DNA of 64,000 bases from Blasia pusilla. Lineage: Eukaryota. This document shows, one piece after another, positions 51,313-63,378 of this stretch. The position numbers and the translations under genes were made by a program. Numbering within the stretch: the first letter of the stretch is position 1; every line of letters starts with the position of its first letter. Below the pieces are notes generated by a model. That model made no database searches. It was not told where the DNA came from and saw nothing but the letters and a program-made list of their open reading frames with translations. The stretch lies in assembly GCA_050084515.1 (NCBI GenBank), contig CM114271.1, positions 37,510,001 to 37,574,000 of the forward strand. The letters run 5' to 3'.

Positions 51313-51602
51313 TGGTGCAAGGACAGGGGTTGGAGAGGTGCAGGAGTGTGGGGTCGGAATGTGGAGGAGACGGGTCTGAGTCTGAACAACTGGGAAGGGG
51401 CTTAGGGTTTAAGGAGGGTCGTTGCTGGGCTGGATGGAGCTATGAAATTGGGAGTACCGAATATTGTGGAGATGGTAGTGGGGAAGATCAGAGAGCGATG
51501 ATGGGGTTGGTCGCGGCAAGTTTGGGAGTGCTTGGCGAGGAGCGGAGATAGAATTGCTTGACCACTTGGTGAGGAGGGATTTTTTTGAAGCTGGAGATAG
51601 AC

Positions 51603-54600
51603 ATGGAAGAGAATGGGGTGGGAGAGAAGGTTGGCAAGATTGAGCTGGACGTGATTGAATCGGAGGGGGAATTGCTGGAGCCAATCTGGTCCGAGCTGGA
51701 ATTGTTCAGCAATGGTGATAGCTTTCTGTCTTCGGAGATTGTTGCAGGTGAGGGAAAGATGGGTCCGGAGAATTGTAATGGATTAGGCGCGGCAAGGAAC
51801 GACGATTTGGGCCGGGAGAAAATCGGAGCCGATTTCTGGAAGGTTAGAGATGATGTCAGGGACCCAGAGCCGATTCTAGAGGTTTGCAAAACTATGGCCT
51901 GCGCGGGAGTCAGGGAGTTGGAGCAGGGGAATGCGGCTGATACAGTCTGGAAGGTAAATGATGAACAAGCAGCCCGGGGAGGTGTGAGTGTTGACGGGTT
52001 CGATGTTGAGAACCAAATCATGAATCTGCGAGGGAGGACTACCGGCGTCCCGATTGCAGGAAGAGAAGTGGGAAGTGTTAGCTCAGACTACGAGGAACAG
52101 GAGACAATCCATCAGGGGCTTGTCTATGAGAAGAATAGAGTAATGGAAAATTCTGTGTCGGATTGCGCAAATGTGGTTGGGATGATATCTAATAGGGAGG
52201 AAGAAGAGCACGGGGAACTCACAGACCAGGAAATCGTGGATGCCGAAGATTTGAAAGCTGAGAACCGATTAATGGACTTAGAAGAGTCCGATACCGGTGT
52301 TCTAGTTGCCGAAAGAGACGCGAGAAGAGGGTACTCGGAGCATGTGGAAGCAGAGACAAACCATATGGAGCTCATGCAGGAGGAGAGTAGCATACTGGAC
52401 ATCGTGGAAAATCGGGTACCAGAGCATGGAAACGTGGTTCAGTTGATATGGAACGTGAAGGAAGAACAACATGGGGAACTTACAGACCCGGGAGCCATGA
52501 ATTCTGAAACCTTCAGAGTAGCGCCAAATCTCATGGAACCAGAATTGACGAGTTCCCATGTCTTGGTTGCTCTAGGCGACCTACAACATGAGAGAGGTGT
52601 AGAGATGGGCCACGATACCTGTAGAATGGTGGGCAATGTGAGAGAACAGGATTCAGACAATAGAAACTTTCAAATCAGTGAAGGGGTTTATTTGAACCTC
52701 TCGAAAAAGGAATTCATGCGTGCGGAAGAATTGCCAGTTGAAAATAACCTCATAGCGCCGGAAGTTACGAGTGCCGATGTCTTGGTAGCAGAAGGGGAAG
52801 TGAGCAATAATGAGAACAAGCAGGGAGCTGCAGGTGCTGAGGTTCTTTCCGGCGAAGACCCTTGCGCACGTCAGGAAATGACGGGTCTGGTCGTCCCAGT
52901 GGTTGTGAAAGTTGCGAGGAATGGAGACTTCAATCAGCAGGAAGGTGCGGAAAGAATTTGGGAAGTAGAGAAGCTGATGCTAGTGGATCCTGTAGAGAAT
53001 GAGGACCAGGGAGATTTGCGTGACATGGTATGGAAGTCTGCGAGAGAATTGGATGGTCTAGAACCGAAGCAGGGGTTTGTCTGTGTTGAGGTACCTACAG
53101 TCGAACACACAGATAGCGACTTGATGATTGCTGATGCTTCCGTTTTAATTGGAGGTGACAAAGGGACGGATCCAGGGCGGAAGGAAGTTGAGCTAACACG
53201 AGGGTTGGGATCGGAGATGCTGGACGTCCATAGGCCACCGCTGACGACTGGACTCGAAGACTCATCGACCTGTGAAATTATGCAAGGTGGTGTTCTATCA
53301 ATCGAAGGGTTGGCAAGTCGAGGGATGATCATTATTGACGATACCGAGAGTGACGAAGAGCCGAGCGAAGAAGAGGAGAGTGAGTCTTCAGAGGAGGACC
53401 AGGATGAATCCGAGGAATCCGACTCGGAGTCGTCTTCTGATGATTCTTCAGAGGAAGAACAAGATGTAGTCGTTGGAAACAAGCCTAAACTTCCACGTAA
53501 TTTTACTGATGAAGTGAAAGCCTCAGAGGATTCGGAGCCACCTCGTACTAAGCACGAGCTTGCGGTTAAGTTTCCCAAATGCTATGGTCCTCTTGTTTGA
53601 AACCGTTGTATGGATTCCGGGTCCTCTGGTGCTTGTAAATTGTGGGTCGTTCAGGACTTGTGAGGTTTTCTTGAAGAGCTGAAGTCCTTCGTACCCAGTT
53701 TCTCAGAGCATTGTACCGTCGCTCTCACATTGCCCCGGAAGCACAGTGCAAGTGGGTTTGAAGGAGTGTATTAGTATGATGGGGTGTGACGGTCAATCAG
53801 AGCGATGGTGCTTTGCTTACCCAGATGCGATCACGAACGTGTGCGTCCTGTAGGATTCATGAACTGGACATTTTATCCTTGGTCCTCTTTCAAATTGGTG
53901 CTTGTCTGGAAATTCAGAAATAAGTCTCTCTGCCAGTAACTACAGGGCAGTTCTCTTGTTATTAGCAAAAGTTGATAACAACATTGTAAGGATGTGACAA
54001 AACAATCAAGATTGATGAATTGATTTCATGTGCAGACTTTACCTCCTGTGCCTAAGGTTGAAGCTGTTCTCGAACCGCATCACAACACTATTTCGGTGGG
54101 CACCATTACATCTGTAAGTGTTCTCGCCAGAATGGAAATTTTCCCCTAACACGAATTTTTGGCTACACCGGGTCCTTTTCTTAGCCCTAATTGCAGATTA
54201 ATTTAGATTCTGTTTAATTTCTAGATTGAGGTCCTTCCGTGTACAGTATATCCTTGTGGGGATTTTTTTACCAGTGGAACCTGTTTCTGCACAGATGTAT
54301 CTTGATGCAGTTCCTCCTCTCAACACTTGCCTGAAAGCACAATACCTCCTTATCTGAAAGCATACCACCTCTAGAAACTAACATCCAGGGTTGTTGTGCA
54401 GGTGTTGGATCTTACCGTTGTTGTGGAGGGTAGTGATGACAAGCACGTTCTGAATGAAGGGTCCATTCTTTGGCTTACAGGGAAAAGAATTCCACTGGGG
54501 ATTGTGGATGAAGTATTTGGCCCGGTCAAGAACCCGTATTATCTTGTTCGATTCAATGAGTTGTCGGAGATACCTGAGGAGGCAAAGGTACAGGCAGATA

Positions 54601-56241
54601 TTTCATATGTGAGTGAATTCTCTGAGTTTGTCCTGAAGGACGATCCGAGCCTCTACAAGAAAGCCGTTGATGCATCAGGCCTAGACGATGAAGAGCTCTC
54701 AGATGGAGAGATTGAGTTTTCAGATGATGAGAAGGAGGCTGAGGCAAGACAAAGAGAGAGGAACAAAAGAGGCTTTGACAGTAGGGAAAATGGAGGAGAT
54801 AAGGTTCGGGATTCCTTAGAAAGCCAAATCCCAGAGGCCAAAGGCAGATGGCAGAGACGGGAGAGGGGGAGAGGACGAGGATCCAATAGAGGAGCAGGTC
54901 CTCATATGGTAAGGGGTCAAACATAGCCATCTATATTGTTGACCGCTGCTCATAGTTATGAATTTACTGCTCTGTAAGTTCAATTTACTTGAGAGGATTG
55001 GCTTTGCTCATGGACTTCATTCAGATTGCAAGGAAGTAGTGAGTTTTTTTAGACTGTCTGTACATGGACTGCATTTTAATTGACATTAGTAGTTGGACAA
55101 CTGGAGTAATTTTGACTTACTGACCTGTTTGTGTCTCGCTTCACAGTCGGATGCAGTTCATTCTGCAGCAATGTCTGTTGCAGACATGGACATCCAAGGG
55201 TCTGCTTGGCAACCATCAAGCTCCGGAAATAGGCACCAGCAAAGGGGAAGGGGAAAATCCAAACAAAGTTCAGCAACAAGGGCAAAATTTCAAACCCATC
55301 CTGCCCGACCAAGCTCTCTAGACAGAGATCTTCATGATTCTGGAACAAACTATTTCAGACGACAGGAAGGAAGACCTAGGGGTGATCGTAGGTCCCCGTC
55401 TAGTCATAGTCAGGGATTAGCTCCAGCAAGTGGATTTGGGAATTCCCCTCAACATCAATCTTCTATGCGAGGAAGGGATGATAGAAGAGATGGCCCACGG
55501 TTTTCCGAGCAAGCCAATGGTCAAATGTATTCTGATACAGGAGATGGACGTGTGCATCAAACATCTGCCATGCAAGGTTTTGGTGGTGGCTCTATGCCCA
55601 GACATTTGCAAGGGCCAGGAGCCGAGCCAAGACAACAACCAAATGCGGGCTACCAGTCTTTTGGCTACAGCAACCCCCCAGGGCATGCGCCACAGCTAGC
55701 TACGGATGGTCAGGGTAACTTCTTTCATATACAAGCTGCAGTGCCTGTGCCTGCACCTGATGGTGGCAGTTTAGGTCAGAGCAATTCGTATGCTTATGGA
55801 ATGAATGTGGGTCCAACTATTTTGAACGTATTGCCCCACGGCAGTCAGAACTTGCCATCAGTCTTTGTGAATAATTCTTCTCCCCACTTTAACAATCAGA
55901 GGCAAGGTTCAATCAACTTGGTACAAGGAGCAGGAAATCCTATTGCCTATCAGGCTGAGAGGAATTTCAGACTCCAACAATCGGGACAAAATTTAGGTAG
56001 TGGGCAGGGTGGAGTTCACAATGGTGCATTTATTGGTTCTGTCCCAGTTGTAAGTGGCAGAATGGTAGCTCCTGATTATAGATTTCAAGCCATGCCACTA
56101 AGTAGCCAGAACTCAGGACCTGGGCCTTCTGGTGGAGCTGGTTTTCAAGGGTCTGGTTCAGGATATCATCACGACCATGGACGTGGGGCACAGGGTCACC
56201 GTAATGCACGATGGAATAATCAAGCTTCACAAGGACGCTGA
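51603..56241 (+). CDS. NAF1: H/ACA RNP assembly factor NAF1 (~1213 aa as annotated; the start may lie further upstream)
   Basis: Exons 51603-53564, 54036-54113, 54402-54908 and 55147-56241, all phase 0. Motifs: PRTKHEL..LPPVP, VVVEG...LNEGSILW, PLGIVDEVFGPVKNPYY.VRFN, YKKAVDASGLDDEE and EFSDDEKEAE (Gar1/Naf1 domain); S/E/D tract upstream; G/Q/P/R-rich tail. Confidence 0.92.
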
Positions 56242-57398
56242 TCCTCCTCATTCTTCGTCTCGTGTCTGGTTGAAGGCTCCACACTGCACCTGAAAGTACT
56301 TGGAGCTTATCTGTATATATTATGAGGTCTTATGACCCAACGGCCCTTCTCTTCATACAATGGTTAGACCTCATCCTTCTCCTCCTCATCTACTTCTGTA
56401 CAATCTTCAGGCCTCAACATCCCTTTTGCACCTGCATCCTCATCTATGCATAAGGGCATACAATTCTTGCATTCCGGAACTCGGGAACTGATTTCGTTCC
56501 CATTACCAATGTTGTCAGCACAAATGAGGGTACTCACATCTGCACCGAATCATTACTTGATTTCCCTTGAGTCACTCTTCGCGCACTACTTTCGCCTGGT
56601 TTGATATAGTATAAATTCTGTTCCCAGTAACCAGGGATTTGCTGCCTACGGTCTATCGAGAAGCATCAATGCTTCCTAGAGCTTATGGGTAAAATTAACA
56701 TCAGCAGATGCTACTTTTGGCCAAGGGTCATAGCAGGCAACCATGTTGCCCAAGTGTCCTCATCAAATAAATTTATGCTCGCAAACTGTATCTGTAGACA
56801 TGAGTAACAACAGTCACCTGAGGATCCCAACCATAGCAAAGGCGGATCATCACCAATTTATGGTTGGTAAGAATTTTGCTTTCATTGGGACTTCAAACTC
56901 TTAACACGCATTCATTACAGCGGGTGTTAGGCAAGGGACCCATTCTGCTTCCCCTCCTTGGAGCTGGGTTTGGAGTTGGTCTCTTTCAGAATGACTTTTT
57001 GTAGTCCAAAGGGTTGAACTCCCATCGAAGTCATGGTAGTCATACGTGTGGGTTCACACTAATTAAACATCTCCATAACTCTTAACAAGGAGGGCCTCGT
57101 CCAATGCCAAGAAAGAAAAATGGAAAATAAATTTTAAAGGTTTAAGGGATATCCCATAAAAAGGACATGAAGGCGATTACAGGCCAGAGGTACAGCCAGG
57201 AGTCCTCTCGTCTTCACAAACAACATATACAATATGGACAACTTTGAAAGCCCAAGCACCAAAGTGGGCCTTTTAACAATCACATCTACCACAGTTGGGT
57301 GGGGCATACTGCTAACCATAGAATCTCAACCCTACTACAGTAAGTGGGGTAATGGCCTTATCCAAACTGGTGTGAGATGAGATTAAAGGAGTCTTCAG

Positions 57399-57522
57399 CC
57401 AAATTCAGCTGGTAAAAGGCCTCCAACAATACCAAATTCAGCTGGTAAAAGGCCTCAAATAATGGAGGCCCTTTTACCAGCTGGATCTCTTCATTCATTG
57501 AGGATCCTCAATGAATAAAGAG
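57399..57522. repeat. Cluster of direct and inverted repeats (possible MITE/foldback relic)
   Basis: CCAAATTCAGCTGGTAAAAGGCCTC occurs twice, then its inverted copy GAGGCCCTTTTACCAGCTGGA, then a near-perfect palindrome TCTCTTCATTCATTGAGGATCCTCAATGAATAAAGAGA. Confidence 0.8.
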
Positions 57523-58103
57523 AATGAAGTGAATGTGGTGCCCCGTCTTTCATATTGTTATTTTTGAGTTTTTATGGAGGGTTTCGCACTTAGAGCCCCA
57601 TCTCATGGAGCGTTGTGGGGATTTTATTCTTGGAGTCCTTAATGGCTCAAAGTCACTTTTAGATAATAATCAGATTTTTTTAGTAATTCTTGTTTCCGGA
57701 TATTAGTTGGGCACTCAATTCCGCATCCATTACTTTTGGACATGTGACAATTGATCACCACCAGTACTCCACGGGCCCCATTTGTGAAAAACCTTTTAGA
57801 TTGGCAAAAAACCTTCAACTTTTTAGAAAGTTTCACTTCTTTTAGTAAATGCGAACTTGCTTGGATTTGGAGGGAATCATTAAATTTTTCTTTTTAAGAA
57901 GGTTTCATTCCCTGAAGAGCTTATTGTCTTAATAAAGATAACTAGTAAGGTTTTTTCAGAACTCCAAGCATTTTTCTTGCAGAAAAATTGGTCACCAATG
58001 TATTTTTAGCAAACATGTATTAGAGCCTTGACCAAACATCCAGCAAAATCAGTCCTATTGGTACAAATGTACTAAATTAAATTTAACATTTCAAATCTAT
58101 ATA

Positions 58104-58302
58104 TCTATATAATTAAAAGAGGATGGAGTTTGAGTACCCCTTCCTCCATGTTAACGCGTGTATATTTTGCTCTTCTCTAATGATGACACGTATGACACAA
58201 AAGTTAAATTAACATAACATGAGAGCTAAGCTTAGATTAACAAGCAAGATGCCTTTCCTCACGGCTGATTTTCACATGTGCATAGCACAGGAATTATGCT
58301 AG
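58104..58302 (+). mobile_element. Non-autonomous Helitron (199 bp), same family as 13482-13681
   Basis: A|TCTATATAATTAAAAGAGGATGG 5' end; hairpin TGTGC-ATA-GCACA; CTAG|T 3' end. Confidence 0.8.
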
Positions 58303-58374
58303 TATAATTTTAAAAAATGACAACTTATAATTTAATTTTTTCCAAAAACTTACATGACATAATTTTTTTAAAAA

Positions 58375-58799
58375 TCTACGCTAATTACAAAGGATGAGAG
58401 AACAGAAACCTTCTTCTATAGTTTGATAACTTTGAAAACTCTTCTAACTAATTAGGACTCGTGAAGGATCGTAAGATGCTCGATTCTTGTAACCCTCAAC
58501 GCCCGATTTCTAAAAGAAATAATTAAAACTTATTTTATATGAGAAAAATTCCTGAAATTACAAAAAGCTCTCAAGCATTTTAGAGACTCTCATCAAATGT
58601 TCTATATTATTATTGAAAATGCTTTCTTAATTTGCAAACACCTCTTTGTTTGACACGCGATAATCGGACAAGAAATAATATTTCATATGGACAAAGAAAT
58701 TAATGATGTTGCATACAACATCATTAATTCTTTCACGGATTATAAATTAACTAAAACTTTTAAAAACTTTTTTTAAAATTATCGGGCACCTCTCTCTAG
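58375..58799 (+). mobile_element. Non-autonomous Helitron-like element (~425 bp)
   Basis: A|TCTACGCTAATTACAAAGGATG 5' end similar to the family above; CTAG|T 3' end; internal caaacacc..tgtttgacacg...caagaaa shared with 63268-63310. Confidence 0.55.
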
Positions 58800-59220
58800 T
58801 ATCATAAATGTTACACATAGATAGATATAAAAAATAGTTCAATTAAAGAGTACCAGAATTTTTTTCCCGCTTCATAATATATGGGTGAAATAAAAAAAAA
58901 AAAGTTCCAAGAGTTCCAAGCTCCCACTCATAAGAACTGTCCCGACGAGTCCCATCGCCCGGACTGCCCAATTAGGCCCTGTGCAATGGAGATCCAAAGC
59001 TCATTACAAGTGTGGATGTGAAACCCTAAACGTAGAACGTGGAGAGAAGAAGTCACAGGGTATGATCGAATTTAGGAGTGCTATGCGATTCTGCTTCTGT
59101 TGTTGTGAGGGATTGAAGTTGCGTTCATAAGTTATCGAATCGGGACGGTAGGAGTGCCGTCTGAGAAGAGGAGAGCTTGAGATCGAGAATCCACTTCGGA
59201 GCTAGCGAGAATTGGCAAAG

Positions 59221-60983
59221 ATGGGAGCATCACAGGCGATCAGGACGTTCATTGCGATGGATCCGGTTGTCTCGTTTTCCTGCATTCTATCGGTCATAGG
59301 TACGGTGGGGAAATTCTTGACGAAGCTCCTTCTCGAATGATCGTGAGTTCGTTCGCAATCGTACTAGACGGAGTGGTAGAGAAAGAGTAGTCGTGCTGGA
59401 TGCTGTTTAGGGTGACTCAATGCTCATCTTTGCAGTGTGAGGGTATTTCGGCCTCCGCGCGAACAAGACATGAATGTCATTTCTGCCCTCCAGATTGCCG
59501 ATCGTGATTGGCTTTACGATTTCCGCACAAGATACGCCTTTCGAGTCTTCGTGTGCGGAAATCGTAAAACCATATGAATCGAGCGACTCTGTCATGGAGT
59601 CGTCTGGTATGTGAGCTAGCTCTTTAAACGAGTTTAATTTGTCAGCTTGGGCACTGTGATGAGGATATGTTGGCTGTTTACCAGCTTGAAGGAAGGAAAA
59701 TTCATGAAATGTCCATCTTTGAATGCACACATATCATAATGGTTCACGTCTACCCTGCCGGTCATCCGAGGCGTCACTCACACTACATCACAGTAGCCTA
59801 TTCACTTCCGCAAGCTGCTGCTCTGATAAAGTAGATGGTGTTGTAAAGAGCTTCCTGGTTGACTCTGGGAAGCTCCGCACCAGCACTTTGTATGGCCAGC
59901 ATTCACACTATATGAAAGTGTCTCCCTCCTCTCATGTGGTACCTTTTTCACGTCTTCCTCTTTTTACACCCATCCCAGTCTCTAGCACCGGCCAACCATG
60001 GCGCCGGGTCTATGGTCGCAAGGCTACGACATGGGCACTATTTAATGAGTACAGTCTCTGAGCACAGCGTCAGATGGTGCGTTCTTCAGTCTTTCCTCAG
60101 CTCATTCTATCTAACAGGACAAGCTTAAGAGGGAGTGAAGTTTATCGTTGCAAGTCCACGACTGGAATGACTCTGTAAGTAGAACATCTTTGCTCTTATA
60201 TCTGCAAGGCGCTGAACGTGATACTGCGTGTGTTTCAGGGCTCTCTCTGCCCATTGTGGTTCCACCAATTAGGAATTCGTTTTCAGGCAGCGAGCCTGTT
60301 GCACCTCCCAAGTTGTCTGAGGTACTTTAATCCAATCATTATGAGACTTTGCTTCACATTTTGTGTCAATGTTGTGGAAAAACTCATTTTTTTGGTAGAC
60401 CTTCATAACTGGAGCAGAAAAGGTCTTTGTGACGATAATCTTTCTGGATGCTGAGTTTGTCACGTCAACCCCATTGTCCAGCTCTGCTCTTGCCTTGTCT
60501 AGATTGTGCATTTGCGTTGACTAGAAAGAGGGATTTCTCACATAAACCGCCAGTCTATTATCTGCTGACTCCGAAACATGATGAGTCCTGAGGTTTCACC
60601 AGTTTCAGTTTGTGTGAAGTGCTCCAATGAATGCAAGCTAAGCAGATGTCCTTGACGTAGTTGAAGACATGATTGAAGCTTATTTTAGGTTGTGGATAAT
60701 TCCGATTCAAGATTGCAATAATGGCTGGTTACTGAAGAGAAATCACGGTCTCATATTTAGTGGGGTGGCCAGTTGAGAAACTGATATATCTCACCTGCTG
60801 CTGTGACTATCAAATCACAATCCACCAGGGATGTCTGATCATATATGGTAGCAGTTCTGGTACCAATCTCACTACTTTCCTCAGTGTCATTTGAACGCTG
60901 TGGCAGCAGCCATGATAGAGTTCTCTGTTTCATGTGGTTATGTGCAGGTAGTTCAGGGTATGACCGGCAAAAAAATTGAGTGA
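59221..60983 (+). CDS. NDUFA3: Mitochondrial complex I subunit B9 (NDUFA3-like), 65 aa; absent from the ORF track
   Basis: Exons 59221-59299, 60239-60321 and 60948-60983 give MGASQAIRTFIAMDPVVSFSCILSVIGLSLPIVVPPIRNSFSGSEPVAPPKLSEVVQGMTGKKIE*. This fits the plant B9 pattern F.A.(E/D)PVV..SC....GL.LP.VV.PI..S......P.L..V..G.TGKK. Confidence 0.88.
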
Positions 60984-63239
60984 GCAGATTAACTGAAGGA
61001 AAATGGTGAAATAAGAACTTCTATCCTTTTATTGAAAGGGGCGTTACCTGAGCCTGTTGTGGGCGGAGTGAGTTGATTTGTGATGTTAGTAATACAGTAA
61101 CCAAGTGGTTCGTCATGGGATACCAAGTTACATCTTTGGGTCGTTGAGTTGGTGATATGCATGCATGCTTTCCAAGGCAGTGATCCCAGTTGCCAGATAA
61201 GGCTCTGCCTGTGCTTGGTTCAAACGTCAACTCTTGTAATGTTCTCCTTATCAGGGATCCTTAGGGATCCTGTGGATGGTCAACAAATCATTTAACCACT
61301 CAAGAGGCACATTTTGAGTCAAGAAGGAAATCACCCTTCTACAAGAAGGCCACTCACAAAAATACAGATCCGAATCCTATCTCTGCTGTCATTACCAGGA
61401 AGTCACTTGTAAGGTAGAAGTCTGTTCAATATTGCAACTCATTATTTGATGCGGGAAAATTCTATTTAAAATGGGCAAAACTGCCTCAGTTGTCTTGTGC
61501 GAGGTGTCAGCTGACAGTCTCAGATGTCCCTCGTTCAGTTGTAATTTACTGGAAAGAAAAGTCCAGTCAACACCCAGTGTGGTTAACTTCCACAGGCCAC
61601 TAGTGCATATTTGGCCACCCTGGCTTAGGAAAGTTGGGAGGCTCCTTTGGTTTCGGAATTTAGGGTTATGATGTAATATTCAAAGCCTAGTATGCAGGCC
61701 TGACTTGATGGTGCAAGCAGTCTTCAAATAATGTCAATAACTGGAAGTGTGAGGGGTAGCCCTGTTCCAGTTTGCTGCTCCCGCAGGAGGAGGGCAGGAG
61801 CCTTTACTATGCAAGGCAGTCAGTTGTTTGTGATTAACACTGTTGGTGGGGCCTAACTTAGAATAGAATCACACAAGATTCTTTGGTACTGGTTCCAAAG
61901 GTTTTCTGGTTGTCATGGGGGTTGTCTGCCATCTTAAAATGCTGATTTACCTCTTAATCTGCGGACTAATAATTGACTAACGATTTACGTCAAACCCCTG
62001 TCATACGAAAACTTGAATACATTATAGTCGTGCAGAGTAACTGCTCATGTCAAATACCACTGGATAATTGTTGCTAAGGGAAGTCATTGATGATAGGGGT
62101 TAAGATCATAGGTTGGAGTCTGATGAGACCTTTTATTAAGTGGGACTAGCACTGCATAGTTTCTTGAGATCTGACTATTTCGAATTTAAGCTTAATATTA
62201 TTGAAGGCTTTGCGTTCTTTTTTCAAGATTTTTCTCAAAATTTTCTCATTTAATCAATAATTGAAGAAGGAATCAATGGATGCCTGTTCCTTCATTGTAG
62301 AAGCCATTATGCCGTCTTGTCTAAAGTTGTCAGCAATAGGGCTTAGGGAACGATGAAATCTGTATCAATGCCATATCGTCCTGTGTATCTTCAAAATTAA
62401 TTAGTGTAAAATTTGTTCATTAATCGCTAAGAAGTGAGTAATGTTAGATTTGTCATCTATGAGATCAAATTGTAGCTTTATATCGCCCAATGCTTTGCAC
62501 TTCGTGGTTCATAAATTTTCATTTACATCTTTAGATGAAATTTTTATTACAATTTTAAGTTAAAATATTTAGTAATTTCAGATTTGTCAATGTAATCTGT
62601 CTTAGAAGTAAAACTTTGGTTACTAACTTACCTTATAGAGAGGAAAAAAGAAAAACATTCGAATGGATGATTTTGTAATATCTTTACTTTCAAAATGTCA
62701 GGTTTTCAATATGAAAGGGAAGTGGAGAAATGGAAGTAGGAAATTTTTTTACAAAGGAAGGCATAGAGAATAGATAAAGGAAAAAAGGGGAAGTTTTATA
62801 GCAATTTATGATTCCATACGAATTTTTAGAGACCTCATTTGGAAGACATAAATTTTTAGACATCCTTCAAGCATTTGACCATAAAAGAGGGACGCCTTCC
62901 ATTTATGTCGAGGAAGTTAAATCTTGACAAAGTCGTGATTTAAATACATGCACATTGGTCTTGGACGTTCAGCCATAAGTGGTGAGTGTCCACCTCAGAC
63001 GGCATCTTGCACTCGTGGAGGACATTGGCCATATAAAAACTATGGATTCAGACATTTGAACCTACGGTACATTTTTGAGACACCCTATTTCCTCTATGAA
63101 AGGGGAGGAGAGAAGTGGAGTGTGGGATATCGAAAGCAAGAGGAAGAAGGGAAGAGTTTTGTACAAAGGAGGAGAGAGAGACATGAATTTTGAAGAAAGG
63201 AGGGCTTCATAGAGATTAATTTTGTATGCTTAATATATA

Positions 63240-63378
63240 TTATTATTTGAGAGTGCCTTTTGATTTACAAACACCCGTATGTTTGACACGTAGCAACGGC
63301 AACAAGAAAAAATAATTTAATTTGTATGCAACATGATATGTTCCTTTACTCCCGTGCATGGCACGGGCTTTATACTAG
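63240..63378 (+). mobile_element. Helitron 3' terminus (5' end not located)
   Basis: Perfect hairpin CCCGTGC-ATG-GCACGGG (63351-63367), followed 7 nt later by CTAG|T. Confidence 0.8.

Noticed and set aside
52934..53578. 214-aa Ser-rich minus-strand ORF
   Set aside because: Antisense shadow of the acidic NAF1 exon.
15820..56241. Functional cluster of RNA-processing genes (CTNNBL1, PELP1, NAF1)
   Set aside because: Housekeeping genes of different complexes separated by over 20 kb of transposons; proximity alone shows nothing.
59300..60947. Possible intronic box C/D snoRNAs in NDUFA3 (TGATGA near 59657 and 60579)
   Set aside because: No well-spaced D box with a terminal stem, and no rRNA-complementary guide that I could recognise.
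7151..62135. CTGATGA motifs (7151, 9511, 13637, 62120) as possible hammerhead ribozyme cores
   Set aside because: None is followed by a pairing stem II plus GAAA and stem III.
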